Shown: positions 63,135 through 64,000 of the stretch, one piece after another
How the letters are laid out: each line of letters opens with the position of its first letter
How positions within the stretch are numbered: position 1 is the first letter of the stretch
From: Eledone cirrhosa
Taxonomy: Eukaryota
Length of the DNA stretch: 64,000 nucleotides
Direction of reading: 5' to 3'
Assembly (NCBI GenBank): GCA_964016885.1
Contig: OZ024743.1
Span: 82,212,001-82,276,000 of the forward strand
The notes under the pieces: generated by a model
What the model saw: only the letters and a program-made list of their open reading frames with translations
The model's database searches: none
Told to the model about the DNA's origin: nothing
Program-made: the position numbers and the translations under genes

Positions 63135-63142
63135 GTTCTTAC

Positions 63143-63168
63143 CACAACTACCGACAATATCACACTGA
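63143..63168 (-). other. Candidate 26-bp micro-exon
   Basis: Minus strand: acceptor ttatttaccccttcag| and donor |gtaaga. One frame reads QCDIVGSC, but its phase is not compatible with direct in-frame joining to the 63-bp candidate exon. Confidence 0.2.
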
Positions 63169-63363
63169 CTGAAGGGGTAAATAATCCTTGATTAAATAGA
63201 CATACATGAAAGGCGTGCTATCCGTGACCATTTCATTCCTGCCTGAGTCCACTACTATGACTATTATCTATATAATAAGAGCTACCAATCCTACAGTAGC
63301 CATTATATAAACAGCAACTAGTTCCAGTTATAACTAGCAACATTATCACACTGACTGCGGGGG
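63146..63363 (+). repeat. Degenerate 32-bp direct repeat pair (63146-63177 and 63332-63363)
   Basis: AACTACCGACAATATCACACTGACTGAAGGGG vs AACTAGCAACATTATCACACTGACTGCGGGGG, 27/32 identical, offset 186 bp. Confidence 0.75.
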
Positions 63364-63411
63364 ATTAAGTCAACAGAAGTAGATATAGAATGAGATTTAC
63401 ACAGAACTCAC

Positions 63412-63474
63412 TGTTGTTAACAGGCTTCTATATACCAGACCAGTGGAGGCTCCAAACGGCAGTCGGTTGTCATA
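63412..63474 (-). other. Candidate 63-bp internal exon (phase 0-0, YDNRLPFGASTGLVYRSLLTT)
   Basis: Minus strand: acceptor ttttggttgtcggtttcag| and consensus donor |gtgagt. Length is a multiple of 3, only frame 0 is open, and GC is higher than the flanks. No homology recognised. Confidence 0.4.
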
Positions 63475-63516
63475 CTGAAACCGACAACCAAAATATGCAT
63501 GTATGCACACAAGCAA

Positions 63517-63618
63517 ATGTGTATTTATGTATGTGTGTGTATATATATATATAGTATTATGTATGCCTCTAAGGAAATCTTTATGAATATATATATGTAT
63601 GTATGTTTGTGTGTGTGT
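63517..63618. repeat. Compound (TG)n/(TA)n/(TATG)n microsatellite patches
   Basis: atgtgtatttatgtatgtgtgtgtatatatatatata at about 63517-63553 and atatatatatgtatgtatgtttgtgtgtgtgt at about 63587-63618. Confidence 0.85.
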
Positions 63619-63679
63619 AAAACGTAAAAGAAATAATAAAGCATACGAAAAGACGTCATGTTTTAACGATCAATCTCAC

Positions 63680-63727
63680 GACCTAAACATTGCAAACTGA
63701 GCCTCTTAACCAGACATGGCGATTATA
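63680..63727 (-). other. Candidate 48-bp exon (non-coding or pseudo-exon)
   Basis: Minus strand: acceptor aatgttttttcag| and donor |gtgaga. Frame 0 reads YNRHVWLRGSVCNV*V, and all three frames contain a stop. Confidence 0.25.
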
Positions 63728-63914
63728 CTGAAAAAACATTAAGTTGTATTTAGAGGGAAATGTGGTGGGTAATTCTAGCAGGTTCACTGACTACATGGAG
63801 ATCCTCTCATTGATCCAATGATTCTGGCATTGCTGCTCATCAGAACTTCTGGTCGCAGTCAATGAAAAAGAGTAATCGTGGTCTTAGATAGAATTGATGT
63901 TAACAGAGGTACTC

Positions 63915-63989
63915 AGAGACCCAGGTCACACACCTCCCCCAGAGACCCAGGTCACACACCTCCCCCGGAGACTAAAGTATACACCCCCC
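63915..63989 (+). repeat. 26-bp minisatellite (two perfect copies and one degenerate copy)
   Basis: AGAGACCCAGGTCACACACCTCCCCC at 63915-63940 and 63941-63966, followed by degenerate GGAGACTAAAGTATACACCCCCC. Confidence 0.9.
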
Positions 63990-64000
63990 AGCTCACCCCC

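Noticed and set aside
62955-63191. 78-aa ORF from the supplied track
   Set aside because: It starts at TTG, is very AT-rich with A/T runs, shows no recognisable domain, and crosses the putative transposon end. It is most likely spurious.
63238-63335. Inverted decayed satellite relics (ACAGCAACTAGTTCCAGT, CCACTACTATGACTAT)
   Set aside because: The matches to the reverse-complement monomer are short and gapped, and I cannot distinguish them from chance by eye.
63780-63900. Further exon or ORF in a GC-balanced stretch
   Set aside because: The frames are short or closed, and there is no convincing donor/acceptor pair on either strand.

Overview
Eukaryotic, almost entirely non-coding window. Bases 1-62878 are a single head-to-tail tandem satellite with a 43-bp monomer (consensus GGTCCTGGGTCAGGTTAGGTTACTGGAGTT[A/C/G]TAGTG[C/T]TGTAGT). 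It has about 1462 full copies plus a 30-bp partial copy, and it starts before the window. The monomer is G/T-skewed on the + strand, carries arthropod-telomere-like pentamers (TCAGG, TTAGG, TTGGG), and has stops in all reading frames. Diagnostic variants show nested higher-order duplications from 3 to about 298 monomers, and a younger core (about 7.6-39 kb) flanked by an older shared layer. The last 1.1 kb is unique AT-rich DNA. It contains what looks like the lone right end of a Tc2/pogo-like DNA transposon abutting the array, three candidate minus-strand mini-exons with good splice signals, a short direct repeat, microsatellites and the start of a 26-bp minisatellite. No protein-coding gene, RNA gene or CRISPR array can be firmly supported. 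All offsets were counted by hand from marker variants.
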